From NCBI GenBank assembly GCA_002796325.1, contig PCXA01000007.1, forward strand, positions 145,780 through 209,779: 64,000 bases of DNA, given 5' to 3'. Position numbers and translations under genes: made by a program. Shown here piece after piece: positions 29,669-38,706 of the stretch (positions are counted from its first letter, which is position 1; each line of letters opens with the position of its first letter). The DNA comes from Deltaproteobacteria bacterium CG11_big_fil_rev_8_21_14_0_20_47_16 (GTDB taxonomy: Bacteria > UBA10199 > GCA-002796325 > 1-14-0-20-47-16). The notes under the pieces were generated by a model that did no database searches, had not been told where the DNA came from, and was given only the letters and a program-made list of their open reading frames with translations.

Positions 29669-29686
29669 AATAGTTTAGGAGAAGCG

Positions 29687-31627
29687 ATGTCTACATCAAT
29701 TATTAATACACGCAAAATTGTACGTATGTTTTCAATTGTGCCCATGGTTATAGGTGGGGGAGTAATTCTGCTTTGGATTATCCATGAGACCCTGCCACCA
29801 TTATTTGATGAAGTGCTGGTCATGAAGCTCAATCCCTCAATTGGAATTTTTTTGTCAGGGGTGGCTATTTGGTTGTCACAAAGTGACTCTGCGCGAAATC
29901 AGTTAATACGCCGAATTTGTGGTATTATCATCTTGGCAATTGGTGCTATCGCAGTAATTGAATATCTATTTCATATCAATCTTGGAATTGATCAGTTATT
30001 AGTTGTGGATCACTTCCGTACAATTGAAGACCTTCCAGGTCGCATGCCGCCCCGTGCAGCGTTTAGTTTAACGTTATTGGGCATGGTTTTTCTATTTTCC
30101 GCGCAAAATTTAAAAACACGATACTTAAATTCATTTGTGTTTCTTATTGTAGGTCTGTCGTCATTGCAGGCGTTAATTGGGTACCTATACACAGCGCCAG
30201 CACTCTATTCATATACGCCGATTATTCGTATGCCCATACATGGTGCGATTGCATTTCACTTGTTAGCGCTAGGTGTGTGTCTGGGATACACGCGAGTGGC
30301 GATAATGGATGTTTTAGTTGCCAAGGGTAGTGGTGGGCGCATTTCTAGACGTTTGATTCCCGCAATAGCCTTTTTGTTATTATTGATTTGGTGGCTACGT
30401 TTGGAAGGACAGCGTGCCGGTCTATATAGTTTGGAAATGGGATCGGTAATTACCATTTTTATATCACTCAATGTGGTGGGCGCGCTAGTTTTATGGGGAT
30501 CCAATATTGTTCAAAAGTCTGAAGCGGTTTTAGAAAAGGAAACAGAGATTGCTGAGCAGGGTCGCCAACGACTTTATAAAATTTTGAATAACACCCCTGC
30601 CATTGTCTTTATCAAAGATGAAAAGGGTCATTACATTTTTATTAATAGCCAATTTCAAAATTTGTTTGGTGTGACACCTGAAAAATTTTTGGGAAAGACC
30701 GATTACGAACTTTTTTCAAAAGAATATGCCGATGTATTTCGTAAAAATGATGAGCAAGTAGCGCGGGAAGATAGGGCGATTCAAATGGAAGAAATCGTAC
30801 CTTTGGTTGACGGAAATCATTATTACTTGTCTGTTAAGTTTCCGTTGATTGATCCTGTGTTGGGCGTTCGCGGAATTTGTGGTATTGCAACGGATATTAC
30901 TGAGCGTAAGAAGGCCGAAGAGGCGTTAGAAACTGCTGCACAAATGAAGTCCAGCTTTGCATCAATGGTGTCGCACGAATTGCGTACGCCGTTGACGGTC
31001 ATTAAGGGCGCAGTGGAAATGGTTGAAGACGGTATTGACGGTCCCATCAATGAAAAGCAGAAGCAACATTTGGAAATTGCCAATCGCAATGTGGACCGAT
31101 TGAATCGGCTCATTGATAATATTTTGGATTTCCAAAAGTTGGAATCGGGGCAGATTAAGCTGAATATCACGTTAACTAATATCAATACCCTTATTAACGA
31201 GGTTGTCGAAGGGTTTGATCAAGTGGCTGCTGCAAAAAATATTCAAATTGTTCAAAATTTGCAAACCACCTTGCCAAAAGTGTGTTGTGATAAAGATTCA
31301 CTTATTCAGGTGCTGACGAATTTAATTAACAATGCCATCAAATTTATGGATCAGGGTAAAATTACAGTGACCTCTCAGCAAAAAGGCCAAAATGTGGAGC
31401 TGTGTGTGGCTGATCAGGGTGTTGGCATTCAGAAAGATGATATTCCAAAGTTGTTTCAGGCATTTAGTCGAATTGCCACCCCAGGGCACAAGTCACCGGG
31501 TACTGGATTAGGTTTGGTCATCTGTCAGAAAATTATCGAGGCCCATAAAGGGCGTATTTGGGTCGAATCAGAATTTGGTAAGGGAACACAATTCTATGTG
31601 TCGTTGCCAATCTCTCAAGGCTGTTAG
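29687..31627 (+). CDS. Membrane sensor histidine kinase with PAS domain
   Basis: N-terminal TM helices; PAS region; HisKA H-box SHELRTPL; HATPase_c G-boxes. Confidence 0.85.
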   Translation: MSTSIINTRKIVRMFSIVPMVIGGGVILLWIIHETLPPLFDEVLVMKLNPSIGIFLSGVAIWLSQSDSARNQLIRRICGIIILAIGAIAVIEYLFHINLGIDQLLVVDHFRTIEDLPGRMPPRAAFSLTLLGMVFLFSAQNLKTRYLNSFVFLIVGLSSLQALIGYLYTAPALYSYTPIIRMPIHGAIAFHLLALGVCLGYTRVAIMDVLVAKGSGGRISRRLIPAIAFLLLLIWWLRLEGQRAGLYSLEMGSVITIFISLNVVGALVLWGSNIVQKSEAVLEKETEIAEQGRQRLYKILNNTPAIVFIKDEKGHYIFINSQFQNLFGVTPEKFLGKTDYELFSKEYADVFRKNDEQVAREDRAIQMEEIVPLVDGNHYYLSVKFPLIDPVLGVRGICGIATDITERKKAEEALETAAQMKSSFASMVSHELRTPLTVIKGAVEMVEDGIDGPINEKQKQHLEIANRNVDRLNRLIDNILDFQKLESGQIKLNITLTNINTLINEVVEGFDQVAAAKNIQIVQNLQTTLPKVCCDKDSLIQVLTNLINNAIKFMDQGKITVTSQQKGQNVELCVADQGVGIQKDDIPKLFQAFSRIATPGHKSPGTGLGLVICQKIIEAHKGRIWVESEFGKGTQFYVSLPISQGC

Positions 31628-31640
31628 AAAGTAGCGTGCG

Positions 31641-32657
31641 ATGAAACGATTAAAAATAAGTTTAGTGCTTTTAACATTGGTTTGCGCAGGGATTGCATAT
31701 GCCATTCCTATGGATCAGGTGCCCAATCCAAAATCCAGTGCGGGCCTTTGGGTGCAAGATCAGGCTCAGATTTTGGGTCCTGCATATATTCAACTTATTA
31801 ATAACGTGGCTGAGCAATTACATGACAAGGCGGGTGTTGAAATGGCACTTGTCACTGTCGATAATCTGGATGGGGAGTCCGTTGAAAATTATGCCAACAC
31901 GCTGTTTAATCGTTATGGTGTGGGTGAGGCAGGCAAAGATAACGGTATTCTCATTTTAATTGCGCGCGATGATCGCAAAACGCGAATTGAAGTGGGCTAT
32001 GGCTTGGAAGCCGTGATTAACGATGCCAAAGCAGGGCGTATTTTAGACCAGACCGCCATTCCATGGTTCCATGATAATCAATTTGGTCGCGGCCTGTATG
32101 AAACCAGTAAAGCTCTAGCTGTTGAAATTTCGGGAGCGATTGGCTCAACGCTGAGTGTGACAGATCCCGCGACTTGGCCAGAACAACCCACAGTTACATT
32201 TGAAAAAGCCCCTCTACGTAAAGGGGTGGTGGTGCTGGTCATTATGTTGGTGTCAATTTTGTTTGGAATCCCAACAATCCTGTTGTTGCTATGGTATGGC
32301 CTGCGATATGCACTTCAAAAATCACCTGAAAAGAAACTGCTGGCCGTGTCGCCGAACGATTCAGTGGAAGCGGCGTTTTTGTTTATGGGGCCCATTGTTG
32401 CAGGCATGATCGGATACGATCAAGGAAATCTATGGGTTGGATTAATTGGCGCGCCCATTCCCATCTTCTTTTGGTGGCTGGTTCGAAAATTTCGCGTGCG
32501 TCTTGCAAAACCACTGCTTGATGCAGGAGTTAAGTTGCCCAAGGAAGAAATAGAAAAACGACGTAAGAAATTGCATTCGAGTAGTCACGGTGGTGGTTCT
32601 CGTAGTAGCTTTGGTGGTGGCAGTTCCGGTGGTGGTGGAGCAAGTCGTAGCTTTTAA
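31641..32657 (+). CDS. TPM-domain (YgcG-like) membrane protein with Gly/Ser-rich C-terminal tail
   Basis: Signal peptide; TPM core GILILIARDDRKTRIEVGYGLE; two TM helices; tail HGGGSRSSFGGGSSGGGGASRSF. Confidence 0.7.
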   Translation: MKRLKISLVLLTLVCAGIAYAIPMDQVPNPKSSAGLWVQDQAQILGPAYIQLINNVAEQLHDKAGVEMALVTVDNLDGESVENYANTLFNRYGVGEAGKDNGILILIARDDRKTRIEVGYGLEAVINDAKAGRILDQTAIPWFHDNQFGRGLYETSKALAVEISGAIGSTLSVTDPATWPEQPTVTFEKAPLRKGVVVLVIMLVSILFGIPTILLLLWYGLRYALQKSPEKKLLAVSPNDSVEAAFLFMGPIVAGMIGYDQGNLWVGLIGAPIPIFFWWLVRKFRVRLAKPLLDAGVKLPKEEIEKRRKKLHSSSHGGGSRSSFGGGSSGGGGASRSF

Positions 32658-32670
32658 ACGGAGGCGTAAA

Positions 32671-33384
32671 ATGCAATCAAAAATAAAATGGGTTGTTTGT
32701 ATGGCTGCAATGATGATGATCTCTGGCACGGCACATGCCTACAAAATTAAATCAAAGTCGATTACAATCAATAAACCCAAAGAGCGTTATGAAGTGTCTG
32801 TGTCATATCCCGTTATTAAGGGATTAAAGAATAAAGATATCGAAGCGACACTGAATCAAACTATGTTGGATTGGGCACAAGCGCGCATTACCCAGTTCGA
32901 CAAGGTAATTGCAGAGATGCAAAGTGAAGGAATGGGTTCTAATTTGCCAGGTGAAAATGCGCTCAGTATTACATTTAATGCAAGGGTAAAGAGTGACGTG
33001 ATGTTGGGCATTTCGTGGGATGTGTATAAAAATTTTATTGGCAATGCACACCCGAGCGAAGTGCTAAATCCAATTATGTATAATCTTGAAACGGGCAAGG
33101 TCATTGCGTTGGCCGACCTTTTTAAACCCGGGAGCCATTATCTCAAGCGACTATCTAAAATTTGTACGGAACGTCTCAATGAAAGTTTTGCAGGCTCGGG
33201 CTTTACATTATTTGAAGACGGACTCAAACCCACTACTGAAAATTACGCCAACTTCTTAGTGCGACCCGAAGGGCTCTATTTCGTATTCAACCCTTACCAG
33301 GTTGCTCCGTACGTTGCTGGGATTCAAGAAGTGGTCATTCCTTATCCATTCCTACAAGATATTTTGTTGACTAAGTATCAGTAG
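32671..33384 (+). CDS. DUF3298/DUF4163 (RsiV-like) secreted protein
   Basis: Signal peptide MQSKIKWVVCMAAMMMISGTAHA; domain by recall. Confidence 0.6.
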   Translation: MQSKIKWVVCMAAMMMISGTAHAYKIKSKSITINKPKERYEVSVSYPVIKGLKNKDIEATLNQTMLDWAQARITQFDKVIAEMQSEGMGSNLPGENALSITFNARVKSDVMLGISWDVYKNFIGNAHPSEVLNPIMYNLETGKVIALADLFKPGSHYLKRLSKICTERLNESFAGSGFTLFEDGLKPTTENYANFLVRPEGLYFVFNPYQVAPYVAGIQEVVIPYPFLQDILLTKYQ

Positions 33385-33424
33385 GGCATCGCCTAAACCT
33401 TGCATTTTTAGCGTATCTATATAT

Positions 33425-33467
33425 AAACGCCACGAGAGTTGATCGAAGGAGACCGCGTGGCGTTTTT
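33425..33467 (+). promoter_or_regulatory. Perfect 10-bp stem hairpin (AAACGCCACG / CGTGGCGTTT) with 21-nt loop and T-run, enclosing the aminotransferase RBS and start
   Basis: Read directly; loop holds GAAGGAG, stem holds the GTG start candidate at 33457. Confidence 0.5.
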
Positions 33468-34776
33468 GCATCCCCACATTAAAACCAAACTTCCCGGACC
33501 TAAATCCAAAAGGGTCCTGGCACTCGATGAAAAATACGTCTCACCGTCTTATACCCGTAGCTATCCTCTTGTTGCCAAAAGTGGTCGTGGGTCGTTTATT
33601 GAAGACATGGACGGCAACGTCTTTCTCGATTTTACATCCGGCATTGCAGTGACTGCGTCAGGCCATTGTCACCCACGTGTGGTAAAGGCGATTCAAGAGC
33701 AAGCCGCCAAACTCATTCACATGTCAGGCACCGATTTTTATTATCCCCAACAAGCAGAGCTTGCTAAGCGCCTGGTGAACCTGTTTCCTGGTGGAAAGGG
33801 CAGTGGTAAGGCATTCTTGACCAATTCGGGCGCAGAATCCGTCGAAGCCGCATTAAAGCTCGCCCGCTGGGTGACCAAACGTCCGCAGATCATTTCATTT
33901 TTGGGGGCTTTCCATGGGCGTACCATGGGCGCGTTGTCCGTGACTGGGAGTAAAATCACACAAAAGGAACGATTCTTTCCGCTCGTTCCAGGTGTGACGC
34001 ATGTGCCGTATCCGGATCCGTATCACACGCCCAAAGGGATGACACCGGATGACTATACCAACTTTTGTTTAGACTGGATTTCTGAACGCATTTTCAAAAC
34101 GATTGTGCCACCATCTGAAGTTGCTGCAATTATTGTCGAACCCATTCAAGGTGAGGGTGGATATATTGTCCCTCAAAATAGTTTCTTCAAAGGATTGCGC
34201 AAAATTTGTGATGCACACGGCATTTTGCTGATTGTTGATGAAGTACAAAGCGGAATTGGACGCACGGGCAAAATGTTTGCAATCGAACACACGGGTGTAA
34301 CACCGGATATTATTTGTATCGCCAAGGGCATTGCTTCAGGATTGCCGTTGGGTGCCATGATCGCGCGCGGGTCTATTATGCATTGGACAACCGGTGCACA
34401 CGCCAACACATTTGGGGGTAACCCTTTGGCCTGTGTGGCGGCAACCGCCACGTTGGATTTGTTAGATGAAGGCATGATGAAAAATGCGGCCAAGCAAGGT
34501 GAGTATTTGATGAAAAATTTGCAGGGCATGATGCGTCGCCACTCTGAAATTGGAGATGTGCGGGGCAGAGGCCTCATGGTGGGTGCTGAAATCGTGTCTG
34601 ACCGCAAACGTAAGACCCGCGCACCCAAACGGCGGAACGACATTGTCGATAAGGCGTTTCGCAAGGGGCTTCTGCTTTTAGGCTGTGGCCCCAATACCAT
34701 TCGGTTTGCGCCACCGCTTTCTGTGACGCGTGCCGAAGTGGATATGGCACTCAAAATATTTGAGGCATGTTTATGA
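33457..34776 (+). CDS. Class III PLP-dependent aminotransferase (GabT- or lysine-aminotransferase-like)
   Basis: KLPGPKS N-terminus and DEVQSGIGRTGKMFA lysine region; start is GTG 33457 or TTG 33439. Confidence 0.85.
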   Translation: MAFLHPHIKTKLPGPKSKRVLALDEKYVSPSYTRSYPLVAKSGRGSFIEDMDGNVFLDFTSGIAVTASGHCHPRVVKAIQEQAAKLIHMSGTDFYYPQQAELAKRLVNLFPGGKGSGKAFLTNSGAESVEAALKLARWVTKRPQIISFLGAFHGRTMGALSVTGSKITQKERFFPLVPGVTHVPYPDPYHTPKGMTPDDYTNFCLDWISERIFKTIVPPSEVAAIIVEPIQGEGGYIVPQNSFFKGLRKICDAHGILLIVDEVQSGIGRTGKMFAIEHTGVTPDIICIAKGIASGLPLGAMIARGSIMHWTTGAHANTFGGNPLACVAATATLDLLDEGMMKNAAKQGEYLMKNLQGMMRRHSEIGDVRGRGLMVGAEIVSDRKRKTRAPKRRNDIVDKAFRKGLLLLGCGPNTIRFAPPLSVTRAEVDMALKIFEACL

Positions 34777-36329
34777 AAGATAAAATCAGTTTATTATCGG
34801 GTAGCGTTGTTGAAACGGGCACCAAGACATTTACCTCTATCAATCCTGCCGACACATCAGACACAGTTGCCACATTTGCGCATGCCAGTCGTGACCAGGT
34901 GAAAGTCGCCTGCGAGCGTGCACGCAAAGCATTTGCCAGTTGGAAAAAAGTACCTGCACCGGTGCGAGCGGGCATTATTCAAAACTGGGGTCGCTTAATT
35001 GAATCCAACAAAGAAGCGTTATCGCAATTGGTGAGTCGCGAAATGGGCAAACCATTGCGCGAAGCGCGCGGCGATGTGCAAGAAGCGATTGATACATGCA
35101 ATTTTTTTGTGAGTGAAGGGCGCCGCTTGTATGGCATGACCGTTCCATCAGAGATGGCCAATAAAGAGTGTTATACCTATCGCCGTCCGATTGGCGTCTT
35201 TGGTTGTATTTCTGCTGGCAATTTTCCGGTTGCGGTGCCGTCCTGGTATTTTGTGCCGGCGTTACTCTGTGGCAACACCTGCGTGTGGAAGCCCTCGGAA
35301 GATTCACCACTGACATCCTACTACCTGACGCAACTATTGTACAAAGCAGGCCTGCCAGACGGCGTGTTTTCAGTCGTGTTTGGTTCGGGTGCCAAGGGGC
35401 CAGGGGAATATTTAATTGATGGCGTGAATGACGGATGGATCGACAAATTTGGATTTACGGGGTCTACTGAAGTTGGTCGCCATATCGGCGAAGTCTGCGG
35501 CAAAAATTTACAAACGCCGTGTCTAGAGCTGGGTGGCAAAAATCCTATGGTCGTCATGGACGATGCGGACTTGGAATTGGCCACGACGGGCGCGCTGTGG
35601 TCTGGATTTGGTACCGCTGGCCAACGCTGCACCAGTCTGGGTAATTTGATTCTTCATACTCAAATTCGCGAAAAATTTCTCGGCATGCTCATGAAAAAAC
35701 TGGCCGCCATGGTGATCGGCGATCCTGCGAACCCCACAATTACATATGGTCCCATGATCAGTGAAAAATTCATGAATGATCACTTACGTAATCTGGACAA
35801 GTTGGTTAGTAAAACCCATAAGCTTTTGACGACGCAAAATGGCCGTATTACAGAGAAGAATCCCTGGGCTAATTGGGTTGGGGAATCTCCTGACGATGGC
35901 TACTTTTGTTTTCCCACAATTGTGGACAATGTCACACCAGACGATGAAATTTATCGGACCGAAACGTTTGGTCCCATGTTCAATGTCATGACGTGCAAAA
36001 ATTTAGATGAGGCTATCCGGTTGGCAAATGGTACCGGTTACGGCCTCTCATCAGCCATTTACACGAACACACCGGCGTCCGTGTACCAGTGGAAGGAAGA
36101 CATCAACGCCGGGATGACGAGTATTAACAATTCAACCACGGGTGCTGAGGCCCATTTGCCCTTTGGGGGCAATGGGAAGTCCGGCAACGGGTCGCGCCAA
36201 TCCGGCGTATGGGTATTGGATCAATTCACACGGTGGCAGTCCGTGAACTGGGATATGAGTGGAAAACTGCAGCTGGCCCAAATGGATACCGGATATGTAA
36301 GCGCAGATCTAGAGTACCGCATTCCCTAA
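34773..36329 (+). CDS. NAD(P)-dependent aldehyde dehydrogenase
   Basis: LELGGKNP and FTGSTEVG motifs, catalytic Cys in GQRCTS; ATGA overlap with aminotransferase stop. Confidence 0.85.
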   Translation: MKDKISLLSGSVVETGTKTFTSINPADTSDTVATFAHASRDQVKVACERARKAFASWKKVPAPVRAGIIQNWGRLIESNKEALSQLVSREMGKPLREARGDVQEAIDTCNFFVSEGRRLYGMTVPSEMANKECYTYRRPIGVFGCISAGNFPVAVPSWYFVPALLCGNTCVWKPSEDSPLTSYYLTQLLYKAGLPDGVFSVVFGSGAKGPGEYLIDGVNDGWIDKFGFTGSTEVGRHIGEVCGKNLQTPCLELGGKNPMVVMDDADLELATTGALWSGFGTAGQRCTSLGNLILHTQIREKFLGMLMKKLAAMVIGDPANPTITYGPMISEKFMNDHLRNLDKLVSKTHKLLTTQNGRITEKNPWANWVGESPDDGYFCFPTIVDNVTPDDEIYRTETFGPMFNVMTCKNLDEAIRLANGTGYGLSSAIYTNTPASVYQWKEDINAGMTSINNSTTGAEAHLPFGGNGKSGNGSRQSGVWVLDQFTRWQSVNWDMSGKLQLAQMDTGYVSADLEYRIP

Positions 36330-36363
36330 TGGGACTTGTGCACCTGTAGAAACGAGTTTCACA

Positions 36364-37776
36364 ATGTTTGGTCGCTTAGCTGTAAATCGCGATCAGGTGG
36401 ACGAATGTCGCAATAAGGCGCGCCTTATTGCCGAGCATATCCGCAAGATTGCAGAACATCACACAACCCTATCTGTTGAACAAGCCACATTGCGTGCGTT
36501 GGGTGCAGCAGGGAATTCACCGCAACCCATCATTCATGCCATTGCCAAAAAACTCGGTCCACAGTCGCTTAAGCTAGGTGTGGCGGGTTGGTTGGGGCGC
36601 ATCATGGTGGCACACAAATTGTCTCCGGAAAAGGCAGCTCAATTTTTAGCGCATCATGGATTGGGTAAGCCTGATTCTTTAAAGGATGTCCCCTGGAGTC
36701 AGGCACAGCGGGTGGTGCGCGAGTCTTTTGATAAATGGTCACGTAGTTTGCCGAAGCGCAGCAATGGGCGCATGAGGAATGGACAGTTTCGAGTGGCGGT
36801 ACAGGTGGAAACGGGCGACGCTCAAAAAGATTTAGCGCAGCTTTACTCTGCTTGGAAGGAATCTGATTTGGCCGTGGTGCAGGTGCCATATGGTTTGTCG
36901 GCGGATGGTATTGCCTCTCAGCGAGGTGGATTTATTTTTAAGAAGGGTTATCCTTTGCAAAAACAGATGCGTCGGGCGGTAGCAAAAAATGGTTCCGACG
37001 AAAAGTTGGTTTGCTGGGCAGGGGCAATGGCGCCTGAAACCGCAGTTGTGGCCGCTGAAATCCCTAGAACTCGTATGCGTGTGGACCCGATTTCCCGCAT
37101 TCATCAGGAAAAGATGGATCCACGCAAGGCTGTTATCGAATACAATATGATTTTGCGATTGTCGGCACGCACAGGTCTGCGATTGCACAATAATTTACAA
37201 GCATGGACTAGTTCCGCGTACGAAACCCACTTTTATCAAGCGATAGCCATGCAAATTGTTCTAGAGCAGTGGCTTATGTATTATCGCGGTGAACCCGAAG
37301 CCCAAGTAATTGTCTTGCCTGAGATCGCATCTCAAAATGGGGTACCCGATTTGGTTTCTGCGTTGGCGCGTAATCAATTGTGTCGCGAAATTTTTCCCCA
37401 GTCTGAAATGTGGCAACACACAGATGCCCCAAGTGCTGCATGGGACTCTGGTGTTGCGGCTGTTATTGGTCAAAGTGGTGTGATGGTGCCACAGACTGTT
37501 GATCGCAAATCAATTGCTGCGCTAGGAGCGGTATTCAAGCCACTTGCGTATGAATGTCAATTCAGCGATCACGGTCAACTCAGTCGTCTAATGCATACAT
37601 TGCTCGATCGCAGTATGAAGGAATTGCTTCGCCTATATCGCAACACCTGGAGTAAAGTTGTTCAACAGGATCATAGTGGTTTATTTGCCATGTCCAAGTT
37701 CACACATGGCAGTGATACTGTAATTGAAAAGGATCGCCGTTACTGGAACCCAATGGAAGAATGGTTCGGAGGTTAA
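36364..37776 (+). CDS. Lysine 5,6-aminomutase alpha-subunit (KamD)-family protein, orphan
   Basis: N-terminal EHHTTLSVEQATLRALG, internal CREIFPQ and C-terminal KDRRYWNPM resemble KamD motifs as recalled; no B12-binding beta subunit adjacent. Confidence 0.5.
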   Translation: MFGRLAVNRDQVDECRNKARLIAEHIRKIAEHHTTLSVEQATLRALGAAGNSPQPIIHAIAKKLGPQSLKLGVAGWLGRIMVAHKLSPEKAAQFLAHHGLGKPDSLKDVPWSQAQRVVRESFDKWSRSLPKRSNGRMRNGQFRVAVQVETGDAQKDLAQLYSAWKESDLAVVQVPYGLSADGIASQRGGFIFKKGYPLQKQMRRAVAKNGSDEKLVCWAGAMAPETAVVAAEIPRTRMRVDPISRIHQEKMDPRKAVIEYNMILRLSARTGLRLHNNLQAWTSSAYETHFYQAIAMQIVLEQWLMYYRGEPEAQVIVLPEIASQNGVPDLVSALARNQLCREIFPQSEMWQHTDAPSAAWDSGVAAVIGQSGVMVPQTVDRKSIAALGAVFKPLAYECQFSDHGQLSRLMHTLLDRSMKELLRLYRNTWSKVVQQDHSGLFAMSKFTHGSDTVIEKDRRYWNPMEEWFGG

Positions 37777-37777
37777 T

Positions 37778-38704
37778 ATGTCCGGAGTTGGCATTATTTT
37801 AAATCCGCATTCGCGTAGTAACCGCCGCAATCCCGGTCGTGTCAGGCGTTTGGGGTTCATTGTAGGTGATAAAGGGTCGTGCCACGCGACCAAAGATATT
37901 TTGGATGTGGGGCGAATTGCGCAGCAATTTAAGGAGCGTAATGTAGAGATATTGGGGATTAGTGGTGGTGATGGTACCAATCATTGTACGTTGACGCGTG
38001 TGCTTCAAGTGTATGGCGACGCCAAGCTACCTAAAATTGCATTCCTACGTGGTGGGACCATGAATAATGTGGCAAATTGCATTGGAATCAAAGGAACGCC
38101 CGAGCAAATTTTAGCTAATTTGATTAGTAAGCATGACGCAGGTGAAGAATTTAAGACGGTTGAGCTGGATATGATGACTGTGAATGGAGAATATGGATTT
38201 TTGTTTGGTGTTGGTGTGGTGGAGCGCTTTATGGAACATTATTACCGAGTGAAGGGATCAATGGTTTGGGCGGGTGTTTTGCTTGCACGTTGCATTCTTG
38301 CGCAGATTTTTAGGACACCATTTATCGATGAAATGTTTGAACGCTTTGACTGTAAAATTGAAGTAGATGGTGAGGTGTGGCCGTATAAAAATTATAATAT
38401 CATCCATGCCGGAACGGTTGAAACCTATGGATTAGGTTTCGATCCCTTCTATCGTGCACGTGAAAGGGAAGGGCACACACATATTATCGGATCGTCTGTT
38501 TTGCCATCCGATATTGGTTGGTCGCTCCCTAAGATCTGGATGCGCAAACCCACAAACTGTGAAAATGAATTAAGTTCTGTGGCAAAGCGTGTTGTAATCA
38601 CGTTTTCTGAGCCTCAGCCATATTTTGTAGATGGGGATATCAAAGCACCTACCACCCGCATTGAAATATCCTGTGATAAGCGAATTAGTTGTATTGTGAG
38701 TTAA
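37778..38704 (+). CDS. DAGK_cat-family lipid kinase (diacylglycerol / sphingosine / ceramide kinase-like)
   Basis: GGDGT motif; GGAGG RBS; start 2 nt after KamD-like stop. Confidence 0.7.
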   Translation: MSGVGIILNPHSRSNRRNPGRVRRLGFIVGDKGSCHATKDILDVGRIAQQFKERNVEILGISGGDGTNHCTLTRVLQVYGDAKLPKIAFLRGGTMNNVANCIGIKGTPEQILANLISKHDAGEEFKTVELDMMTVNGEYGFLFGVGVVERFMEHYYRVKGSMVWAGVLLARCILAQIFRTPFIDEMFERFDCKIEVDGEVWPYKNYNIIHAGTVETYGLGFDPFYRAREREGHTHIIGSSVLPSDIGWSLPKIWMRKPTNCENELSSVAKRVVITFSEPQPYFVDGDIKAPTTRIEISCDKRISCIVS

Positions 38705-38706
38705 TC

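Noticed and set aside
32442-32729. Minus-strand 95-aa ORF rich in Thr repeats
   Set aside because: Antisense reading of the Gly/Ser-rich tail of the TPM-domain gene; composition artefact.
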